Source: the human T2T-CHM13v2.0 reference genome, Homo sapiens. Taken from it: a stretch of 64,000 nucleotides of DNA. The stretch lies in NCBI RefSeq assembly GCF_009914755.1, contig NC_060926.1; one strand, given 5' to 3'. Positions 61,001 to 64,000 of this stretch are shown piece by piece. Numbering within the stretch: position 1 is the first letter of the stretch; the number at the start of each line of letters is the position of its first letter. The notes under the pieces are model-generated. The model was given only the letters and a program-made list of their open reading frames with translations, was not told where the DNA came from and made no database searches. A program made the translations under genes and the position numbers.

Positions 61001-63074
61001 GGATTTCCCAAAGGTTTATGGCTGCAACATATTCCGTGGTGTATCTGTACAGCAGTTTCCTCATTCCTGCAGCTGTGTTTGAACAGGTAGGTTGGTTCTC
61101 TACCTTGGCCACAGTTAAGAGTGCTTTAGTACCCATGGGAAGGCAGATAGCTCTCTTCAACCTAGGGACTTCAACTGCTTTAAATGTGGAACCAGTGGTG
61201 GGGCTGTTAGCTGACATGGTAGTTGTACTGTGAATTTTTTTCAGAAACCTCTAGCTGTTTTTCATAGTGTGTATACTAATTTACATCCCCACCAATAGCG
61301 TTTAAGAGGTTACCTTTCTGTAAGTCTACACTGGATGTCACCTTCAAAAATTCGTGTTTTGTTTTTGGTAGTACTCATTCTGAGTGGAATGAGACAGAAT
61401 CTTAGTGTGGTTTTCATGGACATTTTTTTGTGAGGTTTAGTGATGTTGAGAAAGTTATTTGAGAAATCCCCACATTGCTTTCCATGGTGTCCGAACTAGT
61501 TTGCATTTCCACCAACAGCAGACCAGCATCCCTCCTCCTCTGCCTTGCTGGTGTTCATTCTTGTGGACTGTGTCATAATTGTCATTCATCAGAATGTGTG
61601 AAATACTATCTCATGGGCCTTTTGCTTTGCATTTCTCTGATGATTCCTGAGGTAAAGAAATGTCTTGTCTGTTGGTTGCTGTAAACCTTCTTTTGAGATG
61701 CATGTTTTCATGCCCCTTACCCTTTCTTCATTGAGTTTTTGTTTTTCTGATTTATTTGCTTAATGTATTTGAAGTAGATTCTGGATATTAGACTTCATCA
61801 GATGCAGATGTGGGAACATTTTCTCCCATTGTGTAGGCTGTCTGTTTACTGTGTTGGTAATTTCTTCTGCTGTGCAGCAGCTCTTTTGTATATTAGGCCC
61901 CACTTGTCAATAATTGTTTTAGTTGCAATTGCTTTTGGGGACTTAGGCACAGCCATGCTCTGCCAAATCCTCTGTCAAGAAGGGTATTTCCAAGTTCTCT
62001 TGCAGGCTTTTCATAGTTTGAGGTCTTGCGTTTACATCTTCATTCATCTTGAGTTAATTTCTGTACAGGGTGAGACACAGGGGCCCACTGTTTTTCTTCT
62101 GCAACTGGCTAGCAGTTTATCCTGGCACCATCTATTGAGAGGAGGGAGTCCTTTCTCCAAAGCTTATTTTCGTGGATTTTTTTGAAGATCAGATGGTGTT
62201 AGGGGTGTGGGTTTACATCTGGGTCCTCTAATTTGTTCCACTGCTCTGTGTGAAATGGGGTCCCTAGCTTTTCAATGAAATTAAAAATCAGGAAGTGTGA
62301 CACAACCAATGTAGTTTGGACTTCTCAGGATTGCTTTAGAAATTCAGGGTGTTTTGTGGTCTGCATGAATTTTAGCATTGTGTATTTACGTATTTTTTAA
62401 AAGGTTGGCCATATAGTAAAGGTATACAATGGGGGGAGTTAGAGTGGGGCATTTTGGTTAATGCAGACATAGAGGAATGTTAAAATCAGGATATTTAGAG
62501 TCTCTGTTATCACAAAGTTGTTAATTTCTTTATGGTGAAAACATTTGGAATCTTCTTTTCCAGATTTTGTGAAAAAGATGTGATGTTTTGTTAACCTCTG
62601 GTCACTGTGCTGTGGAACAGAGAGGAACAATTCATTCCTCTCATCTAAGTGTAATTTTGGACCTATTTCTGATCCCTGCCCATACCCCTGCTTCCCTCCA
62701 ATCTCTGGAAACCACTGTTATGCTCTCTAGATCTATTGCAATAAAGCCTTTTATTTTGGGTTCTACATGAGTGAGATGTGGCAATGTTTTTCTTTCTCTA
62801 CCTGGTTTAGGTCATTTACCATGCGGTCCTCCAGGTTCAACAGTATGGCTCCAAATGATGAAATTTCATTCTGATTTTCTGGCTGAAGACTATTCTGTTT
62901 GTGTATGTCCACCACAGTTACTTTATCCCTTCATCTGTGGATGGGCAGGTAAGTTTATTCCTTATCTTGGCGATTGTGAATAGTGCTGCAGTCCACATAG
63001 GATGGCTGACATCTCTTGCATAAACTGATTTCTTTGGCACTGAAAGTATACTTAGTAGTAGAATTGTTAGATGA

Positions 63075-63444
<370 letters not shown>

Positions 63445-64000
63445 TGTATACTAATTAACATTCTTACCAAACGAGTTCTTCTCTGGAAATTTCCACCAGC
63501 ATTTGTGTCTTTTTTAATATATTTTATCACTTTGATAACATCCATTTGAATTATAGTGAGATGATATATGTGTTGTTTTGATTTATATCTTATGGTTTGT
63601 GATGTTATTCAAGTTTTTAAAACTCGTTTTCAATGTTATGTCTTTTTTGTAGAAATGTCTATTTAGGTTTTGTTTGGTTATTAGTTTCTCTTTTGTGTTT
63701 TTGCTAGTAAGTAGTGTTAGTTGCTTAGACATTTTGAAGACAGCCTTTTATCAGATATATGTTTGTTGAAACATTTCTTGTAGAATGAAACATATATGGA
63801 AATGTTCTGTGCAATAAAAACAGCAGTGGTAACACAGATGTAGGCTCTGAGTGTCTCACTGGAGACTGAAGTCCACAGATATGCAACAAAGCCTTTGTCT
63901 CCCTGATGTTTTTGCCTCCTGCTGGTCATGTGCTTTCACACATCAAGAGAGGACATTTAACATTTGAGCCACAGTGTCATTTGCTGTTGTCTGATGGGTG

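Overview
Primate (human-like) segmental-duplication DNA, not prokaryotic. The window opens with the last exon of a POTE-family gene (ANKRD26-derived). An ACTB processed retrocopy was inserted in frame into this exon; its target-site duplication is still visible and the actin carries the kappa-actin/POTEKP-type substitution pattern. The stranded remainder of the ancestral ANKRD26-like exon follows, with a further decayed ANKRD18/26-like exon at about 13.3 kb. A minus-strand GRAMD4 processed pseudogene (about 21.3-23.0 kb) is split by a small inverted L1 insertion. The rest is a mosaic of L1, Alu, LTR, MIR and MER elements plus several tandem arrays. The most unusual structure is a ~4 kb array (7.8-11.85 kb) of six ~640 bp units. 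Five of them have ~100 bp inverted arms around a ~295 bp core, and extra inverted core copies lie between units, making this a multi-hairpin fold-back locus downstream of the POTE-actin 3' end. Other arrays are a 37 bp GC-rich minisatellite (31.6-33.85 kb), a ~310 bp GC-rich array (46.4-48.9 kb), a ~28 bp minisatellite (50.1-50.5 kb) and an apparent tandem triplication of an old L1 3' fragment (57.6-63.8 kb). Only the POTE-actin ORF looks like a real coding frame. All alignments were made by eye against remembered sequences, so repeat subfamily names and most repeat boundaries are approximate.
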